Assembly: GCA_964452565.1 (NCBI GenBank)
Contig: CAYVLY010000002.1
Span: forward strand, 119,166 to 183,165
Length of the DNA: 64,000 nucleotides
Direction of reading: 5' to 3'
Source of the DNA: an uncultured Gammaproteobacteria bacterium
GTDB taxonomy: Bacteria; Patescibacteriota; Patescibacteriia; UBA9934
Positions 1-9,292 of the stretch are shown piece by piece. The notes beneath the pieces were generated by a model that was not told the DNA's origin, ran no database searches, and saw only the letters and a list, made by a program, of their open reading frames with translations. A program made the translations under genes and the position numbers. The first letter of the stretch is position 1. Each line of letters begins with the position of its first letter.

Positions 1-72
1 CGTTCGACATACCGAAACCTGTATTTACGCGGGCAGCCCAGCCAGGTTGTGATCTGGCTGACAGAAAGGTGC

Positions 73-777
73 TCAGGAAGCACGAGAGGCTCCCTGCTCC
101 TTCCATGCATTGATGAGTGCACTCGCCTGGACCTTGTTGATCTCCCCGGGGGAGTCCACTTTGGCAGACTGGCACAGGACACCTACGGCATCATCTCCTT
201 CGTATCCATGCTCGGAGAGGATGCGGAAGAGGAGCCTGCGCTGGGCCTCGGTCATGCTGTCAGAGGGCTCGTTTCCGCGTGGTCCAGGTCGGGGACCCTC
301 GTTACGCCTGCGCAGGGGCGGAGGCTGGTGCGCGTTGGAACGTCCATGGCCTGGCGCTACGCGTAGCGGCTCCACGTTGCTGGGAGGGCGCTGCACCGAG
401 TCGAACTCGCCATCAACGTCGCCACCGAGTTCCTCGAGCGCCACCGTGCCGATGTTCACCGCATCACGAAGAGCCCGGGCCTTGGCACGGGTTTCGGCCA
501 TACGGATCAGGTGCGGGACGATGCGCCTGTTGACGTTGTTCGGCGCTGCGTCACCAATGCCGGTGAACACGCCCTTCTCGGTCTCGACCGTTGCCACGAC
601 GATGGCGACGCCGTGGTTACCCTCGTCGGGAACCTGAAAGAGCTCGGTCGCGATGGACTTCAGCCCTTCTTCGTGGGCCTTGGCAAGCAGACCTGCGTAA
701 GTCGCGACCTCCTTCTCCTGGATGACCCTTCCTTCGCGGTTGCGAATGGGTATCTTGATTGTGAGTGCTTGTGACAT
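73..777 (-). CDS. Putative Rad52/Sak-like single-strand annealing (phage/plasmid recombination) protein
   Basis: Motifs YAGLL..AH, VVATVE..GVFTGIGDA and MAETRAKARALRDAVNIG, then a low-complexity linker and a C-terminal MTEAQRRLL helical domain. Start taken at ATG 777. Confidence 0.6.
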   Translation of the reverse strand: MSQALTIKIPIRNREGRVIQEKEVATYAGLLAKAHEEGLKSIATELFQVPDEGNHGVAIVVATVETEKGVFTGIGDAAPNNVNRRIVPHLIRMAETRAKARALRDAVNIGTVALEELGGDVDGEFDSVQRPPSNVEPLRVAPGHGRSNAHQPPPLRRRNEGPRPGPRGNEPSDSMTEAQRRLLFRILSEHGYEGDDAVGVLCQSAKVDSPGEINKVQASALINAWKEQGASRAS

Positions 778-880
778 AGAAGTGCTCCAAAGCCTTGTGC
801 CCAGGCTTCTTTGGGAGAGGTGGGATTGCCTCACCTACAGCATGATGGAGCTCGAAAGGCGTGGGGAGGAGGGCTGGCAA

Positions 881-902
881 GGTGTTTCAGGCCTGAAACA
901 CC
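881..902. repeat. 22-bp perfect palindrome GGTGTTTCAGGCCTGAAACACC, copy 1
   Basis: Read directly; lies upstream of the 73-777 gene. Confidence 0.95.
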
Positions 903-1020
903 CGGGATCATGCAAAAAAACGAACAGCAAAAAGACCCGTCAGAAACGGGCCTCAAGACGAACGACTGACAGCAGATGAGCAATGAGCACGGGCTATCGA
1001 GCTGCAGGCGTCATACTACA

Positions 1021-1698
1021 TCAGGAGGCGCGACGGAGCCTCCTGGGCAGCAGTTCCACGCTCACTCCGGCCTTCTGCCGAAAGACGATGAGATACTCAT
1101 GGGAGATCGGGATGAAGGTGCCAGTGTAGCGTTTTCTGTTCGAGGCCATGTTGTGCTGCACCTTGATGACCACCCCCTCCAGCGCCTCATCAGGGAGCGC
1201 CTCCACCACGGTGGGCAACATGCTCCAGTAGTGCCCTCGCCGGCGGATGTCGCCTACGAGCACGGCAAGCCTTCCACCGCGTGACAGCGCCAGGTAGCAG
1301 GAGCGCAGTACCCATGAAAGCGTGGAAGCGAACTGCTCGTAGTCCTCGTAGGTGGACAGATCTCGCTCATCCGGTTGTCTGCCCCAGACCCTGCCCGAGT
1401 AGCGGATGATGTTGAAGTACGGGGGGTGCAGGAAGACGAGGTCAGCGGGACGCTCCAGCATCTTCAACAGGGGCAGTGAGGTTGCGTCGAACCCGTGGTG
1501 CAGGTCAAAGCCAGCGTAGTCAACGCGCAATCGCTTGCACACGTCCCTGGACGTGCCCGAGCCCTCCATGGGGTCCACGACGAAGCGTGGCTGGTAGTGC
1601 TCGATCAGGGCCTCGATGACCTTGCCCGAGCAGTTGCCCGGGTAGCGAGAGTCACCGTCATGGCCGCGGGCAGGGAAAGACAGAATGCTCGAATCCAT
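1021..1698 (-). CDS. Small orphan N6A/N4C DNA methyltransferase
   Basis: SAM-binding motif DPMEGSGT, catalytic motif HPPY, C-terminal HEYLIVF. Confidence 0.85.
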   Translation of the reverse strand: MDSSILSFPARGHDGDSRYPGNCSGKVIEALIEHYQPRFVVDPMEGSGTSRDVCKRLRVDYAGFDLHHGFDATSLPLLKMLERPADLVFLHPPYFNIIRYSGRVWGRQPDERDLSTYEDYEQFASTLSWVLRSCYLALSRGGRLAVLVGDIRRRGHYWSMLPTVVEALPDEALEGVVIKVQHNMASNRKRYTGTFIPISHEYLIVFRQKAGVSVELLPRRLRRAS

Positions 1699-1716
1699 GG
1701 CTCTTGTCCTCCCCTG

Positions 1717-1968
1717 CTACTTGCCGAGCCGGAGCAGGCGCACGTGGTTCTGGGCGCGCTCACGCAGCTCCCTTGGAGCACTCTGCTCCAGAGCAACCAA
1801 GAAGTAGGGGCGTCCAGTGCCGTCGTTGAGCAGCTCTTGGTACTTGTCATGGGTGAGCTTGTGCCTCTGCCTGAACAGGATGACCTCGTGAGGGGCGGCG
1901 TCGCGCATCCAGTCCTCCTCGATGATGTCGGCAACGCCCTCGGCGCCCAACAGAACCAGAATGACCAT
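1717..1968 (-). CDS. Hypothetical protein (83 aa)
   Basis: SD-like AAGGAG upstream; co-oriented with the methyltransferase. Confidence 0.55.
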   Translation of the reverse strand: MVILVLLGAEGVADIIEEDWMRDAAPHEVILFRQRHKLTHDKYQELLNDGTGRPYFLVALEQSAPRELRERAQNHVRLLRLGK

Positions 1969-2424
1969 ATTGGTCTCCTTTCGTGTTGTGGTTCTTGGCC
2001 ACAGTACGAGTCAGGAGGGCTCTCTGGCAGGAGGGATCGCAGGGGGAAGAAGCACTATCCGCAGATCAGATTGACGATTCCATAGAGTGGGAGTATCCTT
2101 TTTTCTACAAACAAATACACCGTTTGCGATTGGTGGCCTTGGGCTCTTGCCTTTGGCCGTAGAAGACCGATCACAGGAGGGGAACGGATGTTCCCATGCT
2201 TGCCACAATGGCTCGTTCAGCGACGCTACCGGTCTTCTACCCGGCGGCACATGCTTGGACGGGCCTTTTTGGATTTACAGAAATACAGTGTTTGTCTACG
2301 CAGAAGTGGACATACCTGTGGACAACGCTCGCCTTTCGCAAGGCGTTCTCACCCTGTCAGCCCGCCTACGCATGCCCCATAGCAAGAGCTACGATGTCAA
2401 CAATGTTCTTGACATTCCTTGCCT

Positions 2425-2694
2425 ATGAAAAAACGAATTCTCAACGCCATCCGCAGCCTGCGGATGGCCAGAAACAAACCGTGGAGGCAGCTCGACCTGG
2501 GGCGCCTTATTGGGGTTTCGCAGGGAGACGTCGGCGCCTATGAGGGCGGAAAAGTGGTCCCCTCGCTTCCCAAAGCGTTGGATATCGCCAATGCACTTGG
2601 TAAGCCCGTGGAGACCGTGTTTTTCGAACTCAACGAGAGTTCCATCGAGCGTGTTGGACAAAGACGCCGAGAACTTTCTGCCCCCAGGAGGTAG
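2425..2694 (+). CDS. XRE-family helix-turn-helix regulator
   Basis: Cro/C1-type pattern IRSLR..WRQLDLGRLIGVSQGDVGAYEGGKVVPSL..ALDIANALG. Confidence 0.9.
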   Translation: MKKRILNAIRSLRMARNKPWRQLDLGRLIGVSQGDVGAYEGGKVVPSLPKALDIANALGKPVETVFFELNESSIERVGQRRRELSAPRR

Positions 2695-2710
2695 TTTACT
2701 AACTACGAAT

Positions 2711-2756
2711 ACAGAAGACCCTGTTCACTTACCTGGGAGTGAACAGGGTCTTCTGT
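2711..2756. repeat. Perfect 19-bp inverted repeat (8-nt loop)
   Basis: ACAGAAGACCCTGTTCACT-TACCTGGG-AGTGAACAGGGTCTTCTGT. Confidence 0.9.
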
Positions 2757-2908
2757 TAGCAAGTTATATATATATTCCAAGGGGGGGAGTGTGAGGGGGG
2801 GAGAGTAGACCTCTGGCGAGATATCCACAGTTCTCAGTTCAACATGGCGGGAACGCCATGCCAGCCCTCCTCCCTGGGATTCAAGGCTGAACGTATCGTG
2901 TTTGGCAT

Positions 2909-3400
2909 ATGCAACACGATAACCGCTCACAGCGACGGGGCACCTTCGATCTGCTCTTCATCGCTGACGAAAACAAGATCACTGTCGCTCGCGCAGGCGT
3001 CGGTGGCGTCATCCGACTCGCGCACATTCCCGCAAAAGTCATTCTGCGTACAAGAGCTCTCCACGGAGCGCTGCGCGTGGTACTGCACGGCAGAGAACCC
3101 CGCCAAGTTCTGCTCTCGGTGATTGAGAATACACCGTATGAAAAAACAGTGCACCCGCTCTTCGAGGCTGTAGACGAGTACTGCACAGAGCGCAGGATTC
3201 CCCTGGTCTGGCTTCCAGACGTGAAGCAGATGGCGCGTGCAGCAAGCGTGCCGCCCACTGACAGTCGCCGAGATGGACGCTTGACGCGCCATGGACTTGT
3301 CAGCCGGGCAAGGCGCGGACTGGCGCGACTGGCCCGCAACACCAGGCACATCCGCTGCTCAAAAGAGCACAAGAAGAATCGTGATTTCAGAGGCTTATGA
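2909..3400 (+). CDS. Hypothetical protein, possible degenerate RNase H/RuvC-like fold
   Basis: Three N-terminal beta-strand-like segments then a helix; ATGA-coupled to the next gene. Confidence 0.5.
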   Translation: MQHDNRSQRRGTFDLLFIADENKITVARAGVGGVIRLAHIPAKVILRTRALHGALRVVLHGREPRQVLLSVIENTPYEKTVHPLFEAVDEYCTERRIPLVWLPDVKQMARAASVPPTDSRRDGRLTRHGLVSRARRGLARLARNTRHIRCSKEHKKNRDFRGL

Positions 3401-4002
3401 GTACCAGTGCAAATTTGTATGACGCGAATACGGCTCGTCGCCGCCTCTGCCTGGGCATCGCTCTGGGCAAGCGTGAAGCGGGTCTTGCACTGGCCAGCCG
3501 AGAGCACCTGTTTCTGGACCGAGTTCTCACACTACGCAAGATTCCCTCCGTGGATGGCAGAGAACGCCGATTCGCGCAGGTCGTGGATAAACTGATTGAT
3601 GATTTCGATGTTCAAAGGGTTTCCCTGGTGCTCCCTCATGGTAGACATGCCAAAGAACCTCAAGTACAGGCCCAGATCTCCTGCCTGGAGCGTGTGAGAG
3701 AGGAACGAGGGCTGTCACTCAACACCTATGAGATGGAGGAGGTCAAGCGCTCGCTAATTCCGACGGATAAAAACATGAGCCTACGAGAACTTGCCGAAGT
3801 GCTTGCAGAGCAATTCACAGAGCTTAAGTCCAAGGCACCAAGCACGACTCCTGTTCCTGGCGCCGAACACCTGCCAGAGCTTGCGAATCGGCCACGCAGA
3901 ACCAGAACAGCTCGCGAGAGGTATTGGGCACGCATGTTCCTGGCCCTGGGAGCAGCCATCTATGACCTGAACAGGCAGATAGTCCATGAACTGCATGTAT
4001 GA
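3397..4002 (+). CDS. RuvC/YqgF-like fold protein lacking catalytic acidic residues
   Basis: RLCLGIALGKREAGLALA aligns by eye with RuvC ILGIDPG..TGYGV (D replaced by A); ATGA overlaps on both sides. Confidence 0.55.
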   Translation: MSTSANLYDANTARRRLCLGIALGKREAGLALASREHLFLDRVLTLRKIPSVDGRERRFAQVVDKLIDDFDVQRVSLVLPHGRHAKEPQVQAQISCLERVREERGLSLNTYEMEEVKRSLIPTDKNMSLRELAEVLAEQFTELKSKAPSTTPVPGAEHLPELANRPRRTRTARERYWARMFLALGAAIYDLNRQIVHELHV

Positions 4003-4862
4003 GCAAGGAAGAAACGCGAACTCTGCGTCTGACAAGCAGAGACCTCGATACACTCTCTGACCTGGGCGACTACAGATTCATGAGCATTGCCCAGCTCGCA
4101 GCTCTGCACTTCCCGACAGAGGGGGCAGCGCAGGCCAGGCTACGAAGGCTTGTGGAAGGCGGCCTGGCGCTCAAGGTCTATGTTCCAGTAAGGCCCTACG
4201 ACCGTAGCGCTCACACCATCTACGCCCTTTCTGCCAAGGGTGCTCGGGAACTCGCAGACGCCCGCGGGTGCAAGCGACCTCGGCACTTGTCCGAGCGAGA
4301 GCGCAGAAGCGGGCTCTTCCTGGACCACACGCTCCGGCGAAACGACCTGCGAGTCTGCCTGGAGTTGCTCCAGAGCATGGAGCCTGGATTCCGCCTGCTC
4401 ATCTGGCGCCAGGCCAAGGACGAGGTGGGCACGAGCGCCAGGGTGCGTGTGGGCAGAGGGAGAGAGCAGAGAGTGCCCATCGTGCCAGACGGGTACTTCG
4501 CCGTACAGATAGGAGCGGGGTTCGAGAACTTCGTGGTGGAGATCGACATGGGCACAGTGCGCCTCGACCGGATGGCCTTGCGCTACAAAGCGTACTGGAA
4601 ATGGTGGAAGGCAGGCGGGCACAAGGCTTTGTATGGCCCTCTGCCTATCCGAGTCCTGACACTCACCACCACACCCCGTAGACTCGAAGCCCTGCGAAAG
4701 GCAGCCATGGAGGCGCCCATGGGAGGGAGCACCGGCTCAAACCTCTTCTGGTTCGCCTGCCTCGAGTGCGCTGACATCCAATCGCCAGAAAAGCTGCTTA
4801 CCCCGGTCTGGACAACAGCGCAGAAGCGCCCAGGGCCACTACGGAAGCTAATTAAATCATAA
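3999..4862 (+). CDS. Replication-relaxation (Replic_Relax) family protein 1
   Basis: N-terminal wHTH LTSRD..L..YRFMS..QL, HTL..ND, and PD-(D/E)XK-like VPDG...VEIDMGT. Confidence 0.85.
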   Translation: MSKEETRTLRLTSRDLDTLSDLGDYRFMSIAQLAALHFPTEGAAQARLRRLVEGGLALKVYVPVRPYDRSAHTIYALSAKGARELADARGCKRPRHLSERERRSGLFLDHTLRRNDLRVCLELLQSMEPGFRLLIWRQAKDEVGTSARVRVGRGREQRVPIVPDGYFAVQIGAGFENFVVEIDMGTVRLDRMALRYKAYWKWWKAGGHKALYGPLPIRVLTLTTTPRRLEALRKAAMEAPMGGSTGSNLFWFACLECADIQSPEKLLTPVWTTAQKRPGPLRKLIKS

Positions 4863-4888
4863 ACAAACTGCATATGCGTAGAAAATGG

Positions 4889-5032
4889 ATGACCACCAAT
4901 CCGAAGCGGATCGTGGCAAACAAAAAAACAAAGAAGTGCGGTGTCTGTAGGACCAGAATCAAGGGACCGGCCAGGAAGATCGGGGGAAAGTACCGCTGCT
5001 ACTGGTGCAACAAGCGCATCTGCGGACATTGA
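4889..5032 (+). CDS. 47-aa basic zinc-ribbon mini-protein (not in ORF track)
   Basis: Translates to MTTNPKRIVANKKTKKCGVCRTRIKGPARKIGGKYRCYWCNKRICGH with two CxxC motifs. Confidence 0.55.
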   Translation: MTTNPKRIVANKKTKKCGVCRTRIKGPARKIGGKYRCYWCNKRICGH

Positions 5033-5041
5033 GCACAGATA

Positions 5042-5248
5042 TTGACCAACCTGAACACATTATGTATGCGAAAAAGGAAACGCCCATCCAAGAGGCAAAG
5101 AGATCGCTTGCGCCGACGTGCGATAGTCATGGCATCAAAGCGCTGTAAGTTCTGCCGAAGACGGCCTGATGTCCACTTTGCATTCGACAAAGAGAGAAGG
5201 CCGATCTGCTCAAAGTGCCTGGGATACGGTCATTTACCAGATCCATAA
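5042..5248 (+). CDS. Small basic zinc-ribbon protein
   Basis: CKFC...CSKC motifs, Arg/Lys-rich. Confidence 0.5.
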   Translation: MTNLNTLCMRKRKRPSKRQRDRLRRRAIVMASKRCKFCRRRPDVHFAFDKERRPICSKCLGYGHLPDP

Positions 5249-5507
5249 TTGTTATTGCTGCCTCCCGCGGCTCCTGGGAATGTCCCGAGGGGGCCGCTCC
5301 GAGCGTGACCCTCGTGCCGGACCGTTCGGACGCTCGCGTACTTGGCGCACGAGGCCAGGTGCGCGGCGGGGAGGACAAGGATGCCGCCTGTGATTCGTGA
5401 TTCGACCTATGGGCCTTTCAGAGGAGAGGGGCTCAAAGGCCGGAATCCCTGCGCATGAGGCCAGGAAACCGGGCCCAATAGCCAGGAAACCTGAAAAAGG
5501 AGGACAT

Positions 5508-6824
5508 ATGCTGGCGCTCACCATCGACGGCATCACCGAGCACTTGAACGAGACGGAGCTTGAAGGTGCCATGCAGCGGTACTGGATGGCCCGGAGTCAG
5601 GGTGACCAGACTGCGCAGCTCATCAAGGTGGAGTTCGGCCCGTCGGACCCAGAACCAGAGGACGACCCACCCCCCAGCGCTCCTGGCGCGATCATGTCGG
5701 TCGCCCAGGAGCGCATTGCCATCCAGGAGAAGTGGATCGAAGAGGCCGGCTTTTCCATGCCCCAGCCGGTCTTCGCTCCTGGGGCGCGTCTGACCCTGGA
5801 GGGCGAACGCAACTTCAGGCTGGAGCGGCAGCGCGTGGAGGCCATGCCGCTCTTCCCGGAAGCAGCGGCGCGCGTGCGTGAGCAGATCGCCGACGAGTGC
5901 CGAGAGAACGTGTCCACCAGGCTGCGCTCGCTTTCCATGAACAACCAAGGCGAACTCCTGATGGGTGGTGACACTCTCGGGATGGAGGTGAGCGCCTTCG
6001 CCCAGCTCGCTATGCTTTCGGGCTTTGGCTCTGGCACGCGCTACTTGACCAAGCTCTGCCCCAGAGACCTGCGCGCCGAGAACTTCAACCGCCAGGCCAG
6101 GCTGCGGCCAGACCGCGAGCTCGTGCTGCGCACTCGCCTCGGACCTGATGGAGGTCGCCGTGCCTTTGCGACCGTCACGCCCACCTACTCGGCCGTGGAT
6201 ACCGACCAGGTGCTGCTCGCTGTCGAGCACGCCCTGACCGATGCCCATACCGAGATGCGCTACGACGGCGCTGGCGTGCGAGCGACGGCCATGTGGATGC
6301 CCGACCAGATCGTGGACCAGTCTGCAGGCGACGTGTTCAAGGTTGGGGTGCGCATCGAGACCGACGACACCGGTCGGGGCCGCATCCGCATCTCTGGCGT
6401 CGCTTTCCGCCCCGCCTGCCTGAACTTGCTGATCATCAGCGAGGGTAAGGTCGAGACTGTCTCCCTGGTCCACCGTGGAGACCCCGAGCGCATCCTCTCC
6501 ATCGTGCGCGATGGCGTGGACGAGGCGCGAGAGAAGGTCGGCACCTTCCTGGAAGCCTGGGGGCACGCCAGGACCGTCAAGGTGGATGTCCAGGAACTCC
6601 TGCGAGAGTGGGTGGAGGAGAAGAGCATCTTGCCCCGCACGCGAATGGAGAACGACGTGATCGTGGAGGAGCTGCTCTGTGCGTGGCGCAAGGAGCCAGG
6701 AGACTCTCTGGCCGATGCCATCAACGCCCTTTCCCGGTCTGCACACGAGAGCGATCTCTGGGACATGGACTTCCGAGAGGAGATGGAGCGTCAGGCTGCG
6801 CGCCTGGTGCTGGTGCCGAGATGA
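5508..6824 (+). CDS. DUF932-family protein
   Basis: SD AAGGAGG before ATG 5508; motifs LVLRT, RAFATVTPTYSAVD, GVRIETDDTG, FRPACLNLLI. Confidence 0.75.
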   Translation: MLALTIDGITEHLNETELEGAMQRYWMARSQGDQTAQLIKVEFGPSDPEPEDDPPPSAPGAIMSVAQERIAIQEKWIEEAGFSMPQPVFAPGARLTLEGERNFRLERQRVEAMPLFPEAAARVREQIADECRENVSTRLRSLSMNNQGELLMGGDTLGMEVSAFAQLAMLSGFGSGTRYLTKLCPRDLRAENFNRQARLRPDRELVLRTRLGPDGGRRAFATVTPTYSAVDTDQVLLAVEHALTDAHTEMRYDGAGVRATAMWMPDQIVDQSAGDVFKVGVRIETDDTGRGRIRISGVAFRPACLNLLIISEGKVETVSLVHRGDPERILSIVRDGVDEAREKVGTFLEAWGHARTVKVDVQELLREWVEEKSILPRTRMENDVIVEELLCAWRKEPGDSLADAINALSRSAHESDLWDMDFREEMERQAARLVLVPR

Positions 6825-6952
6825 AAGCTACCCCGCTGGACGTGAGCCGGCGGGGCATTCTTGCATCAAGAAATATCAGTCGCGAAAGACAACAGTGACA
6901 CTATTCGTGGCATACAAATAGCCGCTACCAAGACAAATTTTCGCCGATTTTC

Positions 6953-8332
6953 TCAATCCATCCTTTTCAGGGATACTGTGCTACCACCAGGCAGGTCTGA
7001 AGGATACTCGTGTCGGAACAACTCTGCCATTCGTTCTCCATGCACCCTCTCTATCGCCTGATGAAATTCCATGTAGTCTATTAGCCGCCACCAGTGGCTC
7101 GCAAATTCCTGGCGGTGAAATGCCTTCTTGTAGAGATCGAGCAGAGTGAAGGGTTCTTGTTCAAGAACAAGTAGAGTCGCATCGCGCAACTCACTTACAA
7201 AATCTTCGCGCTTTTTGTGGATGCCAAAGCCAACTCTGTATTTTGGGAAAGGTAAGTTCAGCTCGTCCTCAAGCGTTGCACCAGTTGATCCCCTCCACAA
7301 ACGGTGTCCCCGGATGGGAACGCCTAAGGCGGCCATATGAGGCTGTCCCACAGGAGGAGCTTTCTTACCAAGGTATCTGGCAACTTCAATTGCTCGTGTG
7401 TCATCACCAACGAAGACCACCAAAGGTACGCCATCCGAATGTGTGTGGAGACTTCTTTCTATCTCAAGAAAAGCAGCCCCCACATCTTCCACAGAATAGT
7501 CGTGAACCGTGGAAATCCGTTCATGAGTTTTCAGAATACCGCGTAGATAGGCATCACCTGCGGAACCGTGAACGGTGATGAACTTCGCGCGATGGAAGAT
7601 CTGCTCTTTCTGGCCTGTAACATACGAAAGAGCACGAACACTCTGACCACACCAGCTTGTACCCCCATATTCTTCGAGGAACTCAAGCAGGGTTGAAGAA
7701 CGTGCAACGCCATTCAAAGGTAGCCGTAGTCCTGGTGCCTCCACGAAGCTGATCTCCCTGCGTCGATGTAGGGCGGAAGTAATTGGCAGAAGCACGTCCA
7801 CCTTCATCAATTGGGCGGAAACGCTAATGGAACCAAGAGTCTCGGCATCAATCGGGGTCGTGGCCGGTGTCCGATATGGATATAGTAACCTGCGCATGCA
7901 GTCGAGCAGGCCTCCAAATACTCCACCAATCTGTTCTCTATCAATCTCTGCGAAGGGAGGTCGGTGAAGAACACCAACAGTAAGATGCCCACCTAACGGT
8001 TCTTCAGCGACAGGTGCCGCAGCTACGAATTGCACCTTGTCGCCCCGGAGGATGTGTCCTGGCATCTGGAGCAAAGCAGAAAAATGGACTCTGCGGTATT
8101 CTCCGATATCATCGCCACTAGCCTCACAAAGCTCTGAAAGATGCTGGTAGGCTTTCAGCAGTTCAGCCCGTGACCAGGAGTACTCGCCTTTGAGCTTCGC
8201 GAAGATACTTGTGCTGCTTACACCCACTTGCCGAGCAATACTCGCAATGTTCTTCTTCTTTCCAGCGCGCATCGGGGCCTGCCGCCAAGCATGAAAGGCA
8301 TCGCTGTGGCGACCCTGCCGAAAGAACTTCAT
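6953..8332 (-). CDS. HTH plus periplasmic-binding-protein-like ligand domain (putative regulator/sensor)
   Basis: N-terminal IASIARQVGVSSTSIFAKLKG HTH, then LTVGVLHRPPF..GG typical of class II SBP domains; start uncertain. Confidence 0.5.
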   Translation of the reverse strand: MKFFRQGRHSDAFHAWRQAPMRAGKKKNIASIARQVGVSSTSIFAKLKGEYSWSRAELLKAYQHLSELCEASGDDIGEYRRVHFSALLQMPGHILRGDKVQFVAAAPVAEEPLGGHLTVGVLHRPPFAEIDREQIGGVFGGLLDCMRRLLYPYRTPATTPIDAETLGSISVSAQLMKVDVLLPITSALHRRREISFVEAPGLRLPLNGVARSSTLLEFLEEYGGTSWCGQSVRALSYVTGQKEQIFHRAKFITVHGSAGDAYLRGILKTHERISTVHDYSVEDVGAAFLEIERSLHTHSDGVPLVVFVGDDTRAIEVARYLGKKAPPVGQPHMAALGVPIRGHRLWRGSTGATLEDELNLPFPKYRVGFGIHKKREDFVSELRDATLLVLEQEPFTLLDLYKKAFHRQEFASHWWRLIDYMEFHQAIERVHGERMAELFRHEYPSDLPGGSTVSLKRMD

Positions 8333-8793
8333 GGCCGATGCGGGAACGAGTAGTTCTACGTCACTCAATTCTTGAAAACCTGTGTAGTAGATGAAGAGGC
8401 CAGATACTCTCTCATAACCGGCAGCACTATGACTCGGCCGGAACACCTCAATGAAGAGAGTTTCAGGCGGTGAGCCCGCCGAGTCCAGCGCGAATCGGCG
8501 CTTGACAAATACTTGACAGAGGGACACCTGATAATCAGGTACAGCTATGGTGTCTATTCAATCAGGATCAGAAACCCCCCGATGACGCCAGCTGCTCCCC
8601 TCAACATGACAAGAAGACCGCAGCCAGAACTGGCCGCGGTAGAGGTGGAGCACCAAGGCAGGCAGCAGCAAGCTCCCCACCGAACCGGCCGCGTTGCAGC
8701 ACGGCCGATCCTCGGACAGGAGCTCCCACTTCCTATCGGATCGCGACATACCGGCCGCGACCATCACCTCGGACCTTACATGGAGGCCACGAG

Positions 8794-9066
8794 ATGGAGT
8801 GCCCAAGAAAGCCCAGACAAAGTACCATAGCGCGTGTTTTCGTGCAAGGGGAGTACTTCCTGTCGCCGTCCAAGGACGATGGTATTGACCTCGTTCGAAT
8901 GACCGACGGTGGCTCCCCAAAGAGTGTTGCGACGTTCTACGGCTCCCTTCAAGACGCCTTGGCGGGGGCTTTCGTTTTGACTAACGCTGGGTACATCTCC
9001 GTGTTTCGCCCACCGGAGGCCACTCCAGAGGCTGCCGGTAGGCATCCGGCTGCTCCCCGTGGGTAG
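8794..9066 (+). CDS. Hypothetical protein (90 aa)
   Basis: GGAGG SD upstream; precedes the transfer operon. Confidence 0.45.
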   Translation: MECPRKPRQSTIARVFVQGEYFLSPSKDDGIDLVRMTDGGSPKSVATFYGSLQDALAGAFVLTNAGYISVFRPPEATPEAAGRHPAAPRG

Positions 9067-9292
9067 TTGAGCGCCATGCCTCATCCTCACGCCGACTTGA
9101 GCCAGAGAGCTCGACCTCCCCCAGAGCAGCGAGAAGCACGAGGCGATCTCGCACATCGCCTCGTGCTTGAGTCACCTTTCAACCCTCGTTCCTTCGATGG
9201 TCTGTGGCGACCGGGTAAGCATACCATTCGTCGGCCTGGCCTTCCACAGATCGCGCTCCGCAAGAACCGCATCCGCGAACCGGCCTGTCGGC

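Noticed and set aside
881-902. Palindrome as a dif site or rho-independent terminator
   Set aside because: It has no 6-8 bp asymmetric spacer, no loop and no U tract, and one copy is intragenic.
5433-6746. 437-aa minus-strand ORF
   Set aside because: Antisense shadow of the DUF932 gene in GC-rich DNA.
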